Positions 39,514-49,205 of a stretch of DNA of 64,000 nucleotides are shown here, in pieces (position 1 is the stretch's first letter; every line of letters starts with the position of its first letter). Source of the DNA: an uncultured Bacteroidales bacterium. GTDB lineage: Bacteria > Bacteroidota > Bacteroidia > Bacteroidales > Bacteroidaceae. Both the position numbers and the translations under genes were made by a program. Under the pieces are notes generated by a model. That model had not been told where the DNA came from and ran no database searches. It saw only the letters and a list, made by a program, of their open reading frames with translations. Location of the stretch: assembly GCA_949297215.1 (NCBI GenBank), contig CASFRV010000006.1:20149-84148 (forward strand), in the 5' to 3' direction.

Positions 39514-42375
39514 TCAGCCCCGCTTCTTGCCGATGGTAAACTTGTAGATGACGTGGAGCACGACGAAGCGCTCGAAGCTGTTCATCGTCGTGGTGTAGTT
39601 GGCGTAGGCCGAGCTGCCGTGCATGTCGCTCGTCTGGCCGGCCAGGATGTCGGTGGCCTCGAGCTTGAGCGTGAGGTTTTTGTCTTTGAGGAAGTCCTGC
39701 GCGATGTGGGCGTTCCAGATGAGCTGGTCGGTGTTGTAGCTGTCGATGAGGTAGCGGCGGCGGCTGTACACCATGAAATCGGTGCCGAGCGTCATGCCCC
39801 ACGGCGTGGTGTAGGAGAGGTTGGCGTCGTAGCTGAACGTGACGCCCCGCTCGTTGCTTTCGGGTTGCAGGCTGTTGAGCGACTGCTCGGGTTGGACCCA
39901 GGCCGAGAGCTTGGCATAGAACTTGTCGCGCCGGTAGCTCAGGCCGAAGCGGGCGTTCTGCGAGTGGTAGCGCACGGTGTTGAGCTGCGCGGGGCCGCTG
40001 CCCATCGTGAGGTAGCCGTGGCTCGTGTTGTGGGTGCCGCCGAAGCGGGCGTTCATGTTCCAGCGCTTCTCGCGGTCGAGCGTGAGGGTGATGCCGGTGC
40101 CGCCGTAGATGTTCCAGTTGCCGTCGACGTTGACGGTGCGCGTGTGGTAGTAGCCTGTCGCTTCGTTGTATTCCATCACCTTCGTCGTGGCGCGCCGCGT
40201 GTTGCCGGCCCCGGCGTAGGCGTAGAGGCTGAGCTGCTGCGGCTCGAAGAAGGTGTTGAAGTTGAGCGAGTAGCTGTTGTTCCACGAGTCTTTCAGGTCG
40301 GGGTTGCCCTCGGAGGGAGCTTGCGGGTTGTTGTCGTTCGTCACGGGCAGGAGCGAAAGGAGCTGCGGGGCGCTGTTGGAGCCCGAATAGGAGGCTTGGA
40401 GCGAGGTGCGGTCGTTGAATTTGTACTTCAGCCGGGCCGACGGGTACATTTGGAGCCGGCCCCGGCTGCGCCGCGTGGTGAGCACGCCCGGGCGGTCGTA
40501 CCAAAGGGTCTCGTCCTGCCAGATGAAGGGCAGCATGGCGCTCACCTCGAACTGTCCGGGCGAGCCCGTGAGCGACGTGTTGAAGTAATGGTAGCGCCCC
40601 ATCTCGGTGACGTAGCGCGTGTTGTCGTCGAGCAGGTGGGCCAGCTCGGCGAGCCGCTCGGGCCGCTGGCTCACGGGGTGGAGCTTCAGGTCGGTCCAGC
40701 CCGGCAGGCTTTCGAGCCGGTAGTATTGCTGGTCGCCCTTTTCCTTCTCGTAGCTGAAGTTGTACGTCGTGGTCCACCAGAGCTGGTGGCCCAGGCTGTG
40801 GCGGTAGGAGATGTAGCTCTCGGTCTTGCTGCGGCTGCTGCGCGAGGGGTTGAACTGCCGGTTGGGATCGAGGCGCAGGCCGCCCTCGTAGTAGCGCCCG
40901 TCGTAGAAGATGCCTTCGTCCTTGGTGCCGCGGGTGTCGTAGCCGTAGGCCGAAATGCTCAGCATGTGCTGCGTGCCGCGAAACTTGTGGGAGTATTCCG
41001 CCTTGACCGATACGTAGTGGCTGCTGGCGCGCGTGTGGCTGCGCTCGTCCATGGTGTTGACGAGCAGGGCCTCGGTTTCGGGCAGCAGGTCGGGGCCGAA
41101 AACGTGGTCGAGCGGGTGGCCGTCGAAGTGGAGCGCCGGGTCGGCGTTGAACGTGGCCGACGTGGCGTGGTAGTCGGCGCGGCGACGGATCTTGTTGACG
41201 TAGACCTGCACGTTGAGGAAGTTGAGCGTGTCGATGTTGACGTTGTAATAGATGCTGCCCGAGATCTGCTCGTTCATGCTGGCGGTGCGGTTGCGCGTGT
41301 TCCACCACACGGCGCTCTGGCCGGGCAGGAAGTTTTCCTGCCACTGGTCGCGGCGCAGGTCGGTGTTGTCGTGGTCGAAGTTGACCGAGGCGTTGAGCTC
41401 CTGGTAGCCGGGGGCGTCTTTCTTGTCCTTGCTGTTCCAGCCCACAGAGAGGTCCGCGCCCCGCAGGGTGCTCCATCCCGCGCGCCAGCCGCTGTTGTAC
41501 CAGTTGCCGTTCTGGTCGACGCGGGCGTCGCCGTTGAGGTTGTTGGCCAGGCCCGAGAGCCCCACTTGCAGACGGTCGGAGAAGCGCGAGACGAAGGCGC
41601 GGCCGGTCCATTTATCCTCGTAGCCGCCGCCGGCGTCGAGGTTGCCCTGCCACGTACCCTGGTATTCTTTTTTGATGCCCACGTCGATAACGGTGCTGCG
41701 CTCGCCGTCGTCGATGCCTGTGCGCTCGGCCATGTCGCTTTTCTTGTCGTAAAGCTTGAGGTTCTCCACCATTTCGGCCGGCAGGTTTTGAAGGGCCGTC
41801 TTGATGTCGCCGCCGAAGAAGCGCCGGCCGTTCACAAGGAGGCTTTCCACCTTTTTGCCCTGCCACACGAGGTTGCCTTCCTCGTCCATCGTGACGCCCG
41901 GCATCTGCGAAATCATGGCCGAGAGCGTGGAGCCGGCCTCGAGCAGCATCGTCTTGGAGCTGTAAACGAACGTGTCCTTGCGTATGGTGAGGTTGGTGGC
42001 CTTGCCCGTGGCGGTGGCCTCGCCCAGACGGATGGCGTTGGGCTTGAGGCGCACGGTGCCCACGTCGGCCACGGGGATGCCGGCCGTCAGGCTGACGCGG
42101 CGCGTGTAGGTGTCGAAGCCCACGCCCGTGAGGCGCAGGCGGTAGGTGGCGGCCGAGTCGGTTTCGACGTTGAAACGCCCCTTGTCGTCGGTGAGGGCCA
42201 CGGCATAGAGCGTCGAGTCGGCCGTGAGGAGCTGGGCCGAGATGAAAGGCAGGGCCTCGCCCGTTTTGTCGTCGAGGGCGGTGCCGCGCACAGAGAGGGT
42301 CTGGGCCTCGGCGGGCAGCAGCGCTGCGCCGATGGTGGCCGGGATGAGCAGAAGGAGCCGTAAGAGCTGTTTCAT
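39514..42375 (-). CDS. Outer-membrane beta-barrel / TonB-dependent-receptor-like protein with carboxypeptidase-regulatory-like N-terminal domain
   Basis: 953 aa from MKQLLRLLLLIPATIGAALLPAEAQ (ATG 42375). CarboxypepD_reg-like N-terminus, plug-like region, long barrel rich in Y/N/G, and a C-terminal aromatic residue pattern. Confidence 0.8.
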   Translation of the reverse strand: MKQLLRLLLLIPATIGAALLPAEAQTLSVRGTALDDKTGEALPFISAQLLTADSTLYAVALTDDKGRFNVETDSAATYRLRLTGVGFDTYTRRVSLTAGIPVADVGTVRLKPNAIRLGEATATGKATNLTIRKDTFVYSSKTMLLEAGSTLSAMISQMPGVTMDEEGNLVWQGKKVESLLVNGRRFFGGDIKTALQNLPAEMVENLKLYDKKSDMAERTGIDDGERSTVIDVGIKKEYQGTWQGNLDAGGGYEDKWTGRAFVSRFSDRLQVGLSGLANNLNGDARVDQNGNWYNSGWRAGWSTLRGADLSVGWNSKDKKDAPGYQELNASVNFDHDNTDLRRDQWQENFLPGQSAVWWNTRNRTASMNEQISGSIYYNVNIDTLNFLNVQVYVNKIRRRADYHATSATFNADPALHFDGHPLDHVFGPDLLPETEALLVNTMDERSHTRASSHYVSVKAEYSHKFRGTQHMLSISAYGYDTRGTKDEGIFYDGRYYEGGLRLDPNRQFNPSRSSRSKTESYISYRHSLGHQLWWTTTYNFSYEKEKGDQQYYRLESLPGWTDLKLHPVSQRPERLAELAHLLDDNTRYVTEMGRYHYFNTSLTGSPGQFEVSAMLPFIWQDETLWYDRPGVLTTRRSRGRLQMYPSARLKYKFNDRTSLQASYSGSNSAPQLLSLLPVTNDNNPQAPSEGNPDLKDSWNNSYSLNFNTFFEPQQLSLYAYAGAGNTRRATTKVMEYNEATGYYHTRTVNVDGNWNIYGGTGITLTLDREKRWNMNARFGGTHNTSHGYLTMGSGPAQLNTVRYHSQNARFGLSYRRDKFYAKLSAWVQPEQSLNSLQPESNERGVTFSYDANLSYTTPWGMTLGTDFMVYSRRRYLIDSYNTDQLIWNAHIAQDFLKDKNLTLKLEATDILAGQTSDMHGSSAYANYTTTMNSFERFVVLHVIYKFTIGKKRG

Positions 42376-42448
42376 GGCAGTGTGTTTTTGTAGGTTGGCG
42401 CGCCCCGCATACGGGGGCGGCGGAAAGGCGTTTTTCTCTTTTGTCGGA

Positions 42449-42481
42449 CAAAGGTAAAAAGTTTTTACCCCCCCCCCCAAA
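42449..42481 (-). promoter_or_regulatory. -33 TTTG / G11 tract / -7 TACCTTTG promoter
   Basis: The minus strand reads TTTTTTTTGGGGGGGGGGGTAAAAACTTTTTACCTTTG. TTTG is formed at the T-run/G-run junction (42481-42478). The spacer is 21 nt. The box is at 42456-42449. On the plus strand this is C11 at 42468-42478. Confidence 0.55.
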
Positions 42482-42694
42482 AAAAAGAAAAGAATTTTTT
42501 TGTGCGCCCGTCATGTTTCTTTAAAGCAGGAGACGGGATGTTCCGTCGCCGCAGGCGGGGAAAAGGTGGCCGGCTACGACAGCTTTTGTTTGACGTTGGT
42601 CGTGGCGCCATTCCATTATATATAATAGGCGGGCAAGGCGTCGTGAGTTGCTTTTACGAAAATCCGTTAGCTTTTCGCCATGCTTTTCGCTCAT

Positions 42695-42793
42695 TTGCAC
42701 TATCTTTGGCAAGCCCAAGATAGGCTGCGGTTCGGAAAAGGAAAGAAAAAATGTTGTTTTCCTTTCCTTTTCTCTCACCTTGCACTATCTTTG
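42695..42793 (+). repeat. Two tandem copies of TTGCACTATCTTTG promoter cassette separated by an A/T-rich hairpin
   Basis: TTGCACTATCTTTG occurs at 42695-42708 and 42780-42793. GAAAAGGAAAG / CCTTTCCTTTTC forms an inverted repeat at about 42735-42772. The second copy carries the full TCTCTCACCTTGCACTATCTTTG cassette seen at 37441-37465. Confidence 0.65.
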
Positions 42794-42842
42794 TCGTGCG
42801 GGCTTGCTCGTGCTGCCCGAGGATAATAAAGAACATTACGAT

Positions 42843-43598
42843 ATGAAACTGATATCCTGGAACGTCAACGGCCTGCGGGCTTGTGTGGAAAAAGGCTTCC
42901 GCGAGGCTTTTGCAGCGCTGGATGCCGACGTGGTGTGCTTGCAGGAAACGAAGTTGCAGGCGGGACAACTCGACTTGGCCTTCGAGGGCTACGAGTCTTT
43001 TTGGAACTATGCCGAGAAAAAAGGCTATTCGGGCACGGCCGTCTTTACGCGCAGGCAGCCCGTGGCCGTCAGCTACGGCTTGGGGCTGCCCGAGCACGAC
43101 CATGAGGGCCGCGTCGTTACGCTCGATTTCGATACGTTCCGTCTTGTGACGGTTTACACGCCCAATTCGCAGGACGGGCTGCGGCGTCTCGACTACCGCA
43201 TGGCCTGGGACGACGCTTTCAGGGCCTACGTGCAGCGTTTGGACGAGGAGAAACCCGTGGTCATCTGCGGCGATCTGAACGTGGCCCACCGGGAAATAGA
43301 CCTGAAAAACCCGAAAACAAACCGTCGCAACGCAGGGTTTACGGACGAGGAGCGGGCAAAGTTCGGCGAGCTGCTCGAAGCGGGCTTTGTCGACACGTTC
43401 CGCCATTTTTACCCCACGCTCGAAGGGGCCTACTCGTGGTGGTCGTACCGCTTCCGCGCCCGCGAAAAGAACGCGGGCTGGCGCATCGACTATTTTCTGG
43501 CCTCAGAGCGCCTCACGCCCCGCATGACGGGGGCTTCGATCCACACGGAAATTTTCGGGTCGGACCATTGCCCCGTCGAGGTCGACATCGACCTTTGA
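42843..43598 (+). CDS. xth: Exodeoxyribonuclease III
   Basis: 251 aa from [13 protein letters not shown] (ATG 42843). Has the EEP-family motifs LQETK, GDLNVAH, SDHCPV. Confidence 0.9.
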   Translation: MKLISWNVNGLRACVEKGFREAFAALDADVVCLQETKLQAGQLDLAFEGYESFWNYAEKKGYSGTAVFTRRQPVAVSYGLGLPEHDHEGRVVTLDFDTFRLVTVYTPNSQDGLRRLDYRMAWDDAFRAYVQRLDEEKPVVICGDLNVAHREIDLKNPKTNRRNAGFTDEERAKFGELLEAGFVDTFRHFYPTLEGAYSWWSYRFRAREKNAGWRIDYFLASERLTPRMTGASIHTEIFGSDHCPVEVDIDL

Positions 43599-43651
43599 GA
43601 CGAGGCGGGCACGCCTTCTTCACCGCCTGAACAATCAAAACAGATAGAACG

Positions 43652-45412
43652 ATGAAAGACTTTTTCAAGTATCTCCTTGCCACGATACTGGGTGTCGTGT
43701 GCGTGGGCGTGTTTACGGGCATCATCAGCTTTGTGATGCTCATGGCCGTTGTCGTGGCCGGCAGCGCCAAACCCGAGGTGGCCGAAGGCAGCGTGCTGCG
43801 CCTGCGCCTCACGGGTACGCTCTCCGAACGGGCCACGGACGATCCGATGGCTCTCTTTACGGGCAATCCCGTCATGACGGAGCAGGGGCTCGACGACATG
43901 CTGGCTGCCATCCGCGTGGCCAAGGCTAACCCGAACATTGCGGGCATATATATCGAGGGCGGCGTGCTGGGGGCCGATTTCGCCTCGCTCGAAGAGCTGC
44001 GCCGGGCTGTGGTCGACTTTAAGAAGTCGGGCAAGTTTGTCCTGGCCTACGGCGACAACTATACGCAAGGCGCCTACTATGTGGCATCGGCCGCCGACAA
44101 GGTGCTGCTCAACCCCAGCGGCATGCTCGACTGGCACGGCATCTCCTCGCAACCCGTCTTCTACAAGGAGCTGCTCGACAAAATCGGCGTGCGCATGCAG
44201 GTGTTTCGCGTGGGTACGTTCAAAAGCGCCGTCGAACCCTACACGCTGACAGAGATGAGCCCCGCCAACCGGGCACAAGTGCAGTCGTTCATCGACGACA
44301 TCTGGGGAAACATCTGCAAAGACGTGGCCGCATCGCGCCGCCTCAAAGCCGACTCGCTCGACGCCCTGGCCGACCGTTATGTGACCTTCTCTGACGCACA
44401 AAGCTACGTGAAAATGAGGCTCATCGACGGCCTGACGTACATTGACGGCGTGCGCACGCAGCTGCGCGCCCTGGCCGGCACGGACGACTTGCACATGGTC
44501 GAAGCCCACGAGCTGGCTACGCTCGACGAACCGGCAGGTCACGACGACAAGGTGGCCGTCTATTATGCTTATGGCAGCATCGTGGACCAGAGCACGGCCA
44601 GCCCCTTCGGCGGTACGGCCGAGATAGTGGGCTCGAAAGTGGTGGACGACCTCGACCGCCTGATGAACGACGACGACGTTAAGGCCGTCGTGCTGCGCAT
44701 CAACTCGGGAGGCGGCTCAGCCTACGCCTCGGAACAGATGTGGCGCGCCGTACAGCTCCTTCGCCAGAAGAAACCCGTCGTTGTTTCGATGGGAGGCATG
44801 GCAGCTTCGGGCGGATATTATATGGCCTGCGGGGCCGACTGCATCTATGCCGAGCCCACCACGCTGACGGGCAGCATCGGCATCTTTGGCATGGTGCCCG
44901 ACGCTTCGGGCCTGCTCACGGAGAAACTGGGCCTCCACTTCGACGTGGTAAAGACGAACGAAGCTGCCGATTTCGGCGCGCTGGGACGCCCCTTCAACGA
45001 GCGGGAGAGCGCATCCATGCAGCAATACGTCAACAACGGCTACCGGCTGTTCCTCAGCCGCGTGGCAGCGGGGCGCAAGATGAGCGTAGCCAACGTCGAC
45101 AGCATAGCTCAGGGCCGCGTATGGACAGGAGCGCAGGCTGTGAAGATTAAGCTCGTGGACAAGCTGGGCACGCTCGACGAGGCCGTGGCCGAAGCCGCCC
45201 GCCGCGCCGGCGTGAAACGTTACGACGTGACGTATGCACCCGCCGCGCTGTCGTGGGTCGACCAGCTGATGGAGAGCGCCACGTCCGACTACATGGAAAA
45301 CCGCGTGCGCTCGGCCCTTGGCGCCTATTACGAGCCGTTGATGTTTATCGAAAGTCTCGAAGGAAGCAACACCCTGCAAGCGCGCATTCCGTTCGAACCC
45401 AATCTGCATTAA
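43652..45412 (+). CDS. sppA: Signal peptide peptidase SppA (67K type, S49)
   Basis: 586 aa. N-terminal TM helix and two S49 repeats (MGGMAASGGYYMACGAD). Confidence 0.9.
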   Translation: MKDFFKYLLATILGVVCVGVFTGIISFVMLMAVVVAGSAKPEVAEGSVLRLRLTGTLSERATDDPMALFTGNPVMTEQGLDDMLAAIRVAKANPNIAGIYIEGGVLGADFASLEELRRAVVDFKKSGKFVLAYGDNYTQGAYYVASAADKVLLNPSGMLDWHGISSQPVFYKELLDKIGVRMQVFRVGTFKSAVEPYTLTEMSPANRAQVQSFIDDIWGNICKDVAASRRLKADSLDALADRYVTFSDAQSYVKMRLIDGLTYIDGVRTQLRALAGTDDLHMVEAHELATLDEPAGHDDKVAVYYAYGSIVDQSTASPFGGTAEIVGSKVVDDLDRLMNDDDVKAVVLRINSGGGSAYASEQMWRAVQLLRQKKPVVVSMGGMAASGGYYMACGADCIYAEPTTLTGSIGIFGMVPDASGLLTEKLGLHFDVVKTNEAADFGALGRPFNERESASMQQYVNNGYRLFLSRVAAGRKMSVANVDSIAQGRVWTGAQAVKIKLVDKLGTLDEAVAEAARRAGVKRYDVTYAPAALSWVDQLMESATSDYMENRVRSALGAYYEPLMFIESLEGSNTLQARIPFEPNLH

Positions 45413-45424
45413 TCCGCAGCCTGC

Positions 45425-46516
45425 ATGGCGCGTCCGTTCAAGACCTATCCGTTGCTGCTTCCCTTCGCCTGGCTTTATGGCCTCGGCGTAAGGGTGCGCA
45501 CGGCCCTTTTCGACAGCGGGCGGTGGCAGGAGCGGCGCTTTTCCTTTCCCCTCATCGGCGTGGGCAATCTGGCTGTGGGCGGTACCGGCAAGACGCCTCA
45601 TACGGAATACCTTGTGCGGCTGCTCTCTCCACGGTGGCGCACGGCGGTGCTGAGTCGTGGCTACGGCCGGCGCACACGGGGCTTCCGCATGGTGGCGGCT
45701 GACGACGCTGCGGCCGACACGGGCGACGAACCGTTGCAGATGAAGCGCCATTTCCCGGCTGTCACGGTGGTTGTCGACGCCGACCGCTGCGAGGGCATCG
45801 ACAAGCTGCTGAGCCTTGGTGCCGAAGCGCCGCAGGTAGTCGTGCTCGACGACGTCTATCAGCACCGCCACGTCCGTCCGGGGCTCAACATATTGCTCAC
45901 CGATTACAGCCGCCTTTACGTCGACGACTGCCTGCTGCCCGCGGGTCGCTTGCGCGAGCCTGCCGCTGCGAGCCAAAGGGCCGATGTGGTCATCGTAACC
46001 AAATGCACGCCCGACCTGACGACGGAAAGCCGGGCCGACGTGGAGCGCCGCCTGGCTTTGGCGCCGGGACAACGCTTGTTTTTTACATCGTTGGGCTATA
46101 TGCCCTTGTCGCCTCTGGACGAGGGTTCAATTCCCTCCGGCTCCATATCTTTGCACGGCCGCCACGTCTTGCTGGTGGCAGGCATTGCGCGTCCGCAGCC
46201 GCTCGTAGACGAATTGCAGCGCCGCGGCGCCGCCGTGACCCCCCTGCTTTTTGCCGATCATCACGCCTTTACACCCCGCGACGTGCGGCGCATTGCCGCC
46301 GCCTACGACCGCCTGCCGCGCGCGAGCCGCCTCATCGTCACAACCGAAAAGGACGCAGCCCGCCTCTCGCCCCGCGTGATGCCCGACGCCCGTCTGAGAG
46401 CCGCCACGTGGGTGCAGCCCGTAGGCGTCCGTTTTGTCGACGGAAAGGAAAGACAGTTTAATCAACTCATCATAGACTATGTTAGCAGAAATTCAGCAAA
46501 CAGCCCAATGGATTAA
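45425..46516 (+). CDS. lpxK: Tetraacyldisaccharide 4'-kinase
   Basis: 363 aa. P-loop GNLAVGGTGKTP. Confidence 0.9.
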   Translation: MARPFKTYPLLLPFAWLYGLGVRVRTALFDSGRWQERRFSFPLIGVGNLAVGGTGKTPHTEYLVRLLSPRWRTAVLSRGYGRRTRGFRMVAADDAAADTGDEPLQMKRHFPAVTVVVDADRCEGIDKLLSLGAEAPQVVVLDDVYQHRHVRPGLNILLTDYSRLYVDDCLLPAGRLREPAAASQRADVVIVTKCTPDLTTESRADVERRLALAPGQRLFFTSLGYMPLSPLDEGSIPSGSISLHGRHVLLVAGIARPQPLVDELQRRGAAVTPLLFADHHAFTPRDVRRIAAAYDRLPRASRLIVTTEKDAARLSPRVMPDARLRAATWVQPVGVRFVDGKERQFNQLIIDYVSRNSANSPMD

Positions 46517-47291
46517 GGAGCGCGTGGCCGTTCTGCCCCGCACGTCCATCGTCCTTGGGACGGGCCTGGGCCGCCTTGCCGCCGAAATCGAGGTAGAGCA
46601 GGAGTTCCCCTACGCCGACATTCCCCATTTTCCCGTATCCACCGTTGAGGGCCACAGCGGCCGCCTGCTTTTCGGTCGTCTCGGGGGAAAGGAAATCATG
46701 GCCCTCGAAGGGCGCTTCCATTTCTACGAAGGCTACGACATGAAGCAGGTGACGTTTCCCGTCCGCGTCATGCATGAGCTCGGCATACGCACGCTCTTTG
46801 TGAGCAACGCCGCAGGTGGCGTCAATCCCGACTTTGAAATTGGCGACCTGATGCTCATCCGCGACCATATCAACTTCCTGCCCGAGCATCCGCTGCGGGG
46901 TAAAAACTTTCCCACCGGACCCCGCTTTCCCGACATGCACGAGGCATACGACCATGCCTTGCTCGAAATGGCGCGCACCATCGCCCGGGAGAAGGGCATC
47001 CGCGTGGTGGAGGGCGTATATCTCGCCACGCAAGGCCCCACCTACGAGACGCCGGCCGAATATAAGATGTACCGCACGTTTGGTGCCGACGCAGTGGGCA
47101 TGAGCACGGTGCCGGAGGTCATTGTGGCCCGCCACTGCGGCATACGTGTCTTTGGCGTGAGCGTCATTACCGACCTGGGCGTCGAAGGCCGCATCGTCGA
47201 GGTGAGCCACGAGGAGGTGCAGCGCGCTGCCAACGAGGTGCAGCCCCTCATGGCCGATATATTCCGCGAAATGATACGCCGCATCGACTGA
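46479..47291 (+). CDS. Purine nucleoside phosphorylase (PNP/MTAP family)
   Basis: 270 aa. Motifs GHSGRLLFG, GPRFPDM, GADAVGMSTVPE. 38-nt overlap with lpxK. Confidence 0.9.
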   Translation: MLAEIQQTAQWIKERVAVLPRTSIVLGTGLGRLAAEIEVEQEFPYADIPHFPVSTVEGHSGRLLFGRLGGKEIMALEGRFHFYEGYDMKQVTFPVRVMHELGIRTLFVSNAAGGVNPDFEIGDLMLIRDHINFLPEHPLRGKNFPTGPRFPDMHEAYDHALLEMARTIAREKGIRVVEGVYLATQGPTYETPAEYKMYRTFGADAVGMSTVPEVIVARHCGIRVFGVSVITDLGVEGRIVEVSHEEVQRAANEVQPLMADIFREMIRRID

Positions 47292-47326
47292 CGCCGCAGC
47301 CGCGTCGCAGCATAAGAGAGAAAGAA

Positions 47327-47371
47327 AGCGCCGCCTGCCGGTCTTCCATCGGGAAGAGGGCAGGCGGCGCT
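47327..47371. terminator. Hairpin between convergent genes
   Basis: AGCGCCGCCTGCC / GGCAGGCGGCGCT form a 13-bp stem with inner CTTCC/GGAAG pairing. T-rich sequence on the minus-strand side serves the argF-like gene. Confidence 0.7.
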
Positions 47372-47415
47372 GTTGTGTAGCGCTTGGCGGGGAGCTGTGC
47401 CGCCGCGGGCGGGCG

Positions 47416-48378
47416 TCAGAGGCTTTCGAGCATCCGTTTCAGCACGACGGTGGCCGATATCTCGCGGTTGGCCGCTTCGGGGATGACGAGCGAGCGCGGG
47501 CTCTCGATGACATCGTCCGTTACGATCATGCCGCGGCGCACGGGCAGGCAGTGCATGAAGGCGGCGTCGTTCGTTACGGCCATGTGGGCGGCGTCTATGG
47601 TCCAGCTGCGGTCGGTCGAAAGGATTTTTCCGTAGTCGTCGGGGCAGCTGACGCCCGGGCAGCTCCAATTCTTGGCATATACGAAGTCGGCCCCTTCGAG
47701 CGCCTTCATCTGGTCGTATTCCACGCGGGCGTCGCCCACGAAGAGCGGGTCGAGCTCGTAGCCGTGCGGGTGGGTCACGACGAGCTCCACGTCGGCCGCG
47801 CGCATCCATTCGGCGAAGCTGTCGGGCACGGCCTGCGGCAGGGCGCGCGGGTGGGGCGCCCACGTGAGCACCACTTTGGGACGGGCCGTGCGCTTGTGTT
47901 CCTCGATGGTGATGAGGTCGGCAAAGGCCTGCAAAGGATGGGCCGTTGCGCTCTCCATGGAGAAGACCGGGCAGCCGCTGTGCTCTATGAACTGCCGCAG
48001 GATGCGCTCCTCATAGTCGGCGCGGCGGTCGGCGAGGCCGGCAAACGTGCGCACGCCGATGAGGTCGCAGTAGGCCCCCATCACGGGCACGGCTTCCAGC
48101 AGGTGCTCGCTTTTGTCGCCGTCCATGATGACGCCGCGCTCCGTTTCCAGCTTCCAGGCGCCTTGGTTCACGTCGAGCACGACGACGTCGAGCCCCAGGT
48201 TGCGGGCCGCCTTTTGCGTGCTCAGGCGCGTGCGCAGGCTGTTGTTGAAGAAAATGAGCAACACCGTGCGGTGGCGCCCCAGGTGCTCGTACTTATAGCG
48301 TTCGCGCTTGATTTCGGCGGCTTCGGCCAGCGCTTGGTTCAGGTCGCCCAAGTCGTTGGCATAGAGAAAAGTCTTCAT
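47416..48378 (-). CDS. Acyl-ornithine (N-succinyl/N-acetyl) carbamoyltransferase, ArgF' type
   Basis: 320 aa from MKTFLYANDLG (ATG 48378). Carbamoyl-phosphate motif SLRTRLS and HCLPVRRG motif. Confidence 0.8.
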   Translation of the reverse strand: MKTFLYANDLGDLNQALAEAAEIKRERYKYEHLGRHRTVLLIFFNNSLRTRLSTQKAARNLGLDVVVLDVNQGAWKLETERGVIMDGDKSEHLLEAVPVMGAYCDLIGVRTFAGLADRRADYEERILRQFIEHSGCPVFSMESATAHPLQAFADLITIEEHKRTARPKVVLTWAPHPRALPQAVPDSFAEWMRAADVELVVTHPHGYELDPLFVGDARVEYDQMKALEGADFVYAKNWSCPGVSCPDDYGKILSTDRSWTIDAAHMAVTNDAAFMHCLPVRRGMIVTDDVIESPRSLVIPEAANREISATVVLKRMLESL

Positions 48379-48547
48379 CGTTGTCGTTGTTGGTTGGCGC
48401 TTCAAAAGTACCCATTATTTCCGTATGCTTTTGCCGTATATACCAAAATAATGTGGCTTTTGGTGAAAATAAACTGCCATCTTTGGCCTCTCTCTTGGAA
48501 AGCCGTATATTTGCTGCGGGAATATAAACAAATAAACATACGAAAAG

Positions 48548-49120
48548 ATGAAGAAAACTTGCTTGTTCATTGCCTCGGCTCTCCTCTTCGTGAGCGCCGG
48601 TTGTGCCAAAAAATCGCCCGCTGCGGCTGCCGACATGCCCGCGGCCTCTCAAAGCGAAGTGGCTGCTCCCGCGCCGGCCGATGGTCCCTCGCGCGTGAAA
48701 ACCATTGCCGCCTCGGTGGCCGGAGCCGACATTCTGCCCGCCATCACCTCCGACTATAAGGGAAAGGTGGTGCTCATCGATTTCTGGGCCACGTGGTGCG
48801 GCCCCTGCCGCCAGGCCATGAAGACCATCGACGTCATTAAGCCCGAGTTGGAGAAGGCCGGCTGCGAGTTTGTGTACGTCACGGGCGAAACGTCGCCCGA
48901 GGCCACGTGGAAGCAGATGATACCCGACATCGCCGGCGACCATTACCGCCTTACGAAGCAGCAGTGGAACGACTTGTGCACGCAGCTCGGCATCCCCGGC
49001 ATCCCTTGCTATCTCCTTCTGAACAAGGACGGAAGCGTGGCTTACAGCAACCTGACGCAGGGAGGCTATCCCGGCAACGACGTCATCAAGAGCGAAGTGG
49101 AAGCCGCTCTGGCGAAATAA
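48548..49120 (+). CDS. TlpA-family thiol:disulfide oxidoreductase lipoprotein
   Basis: 190 aa. Lipobox LLFVSAGC and thioredoxin motif WATWCGPC. Confidence 0.85.
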   Translation: MKKTCLFIASALLFVSAGCAKKSPAAAADMPAASQSEVAAPAPADGPSRVKTIAASVAGADILPAITSDYKGKVVLIDFWATWCGPCRQAMKTIDVIKPELEKAGCEFVYVTGETSPEATWKQMIPDIAGDHYRLTKQQWNDLCTQLGIPGIPCYLLLNKDGSVAYSNLTQGGYPGNDVIKSEVEAALAK

Positions 49121-49132
49121 CACTGTTACGGG

Positions 49133-49169
49133 GGCAGCCCTCTTCCTGCGGGGAGGGGGCTGCCTTTTT
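49133..49169 (+). terminator. Intrinsic terminator after the tlpA-like gene
   Basis: GGCAGCCCTCT / AGGGGGCTGCC form an 11-bp stem followed by TTTTT. Confidence 0.75.
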
Positions 49170-49205
49170 CATACCCCGACACGAACGATAAACAACGACA
49201 ACGAT

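Noticed and set aside
39487-42363. 958-aa plus-strand ORF
   Set aside because: It is antisense to the outer-membrane barrel gene. The product is V/A/G/R/E-rich with no domain pattern.
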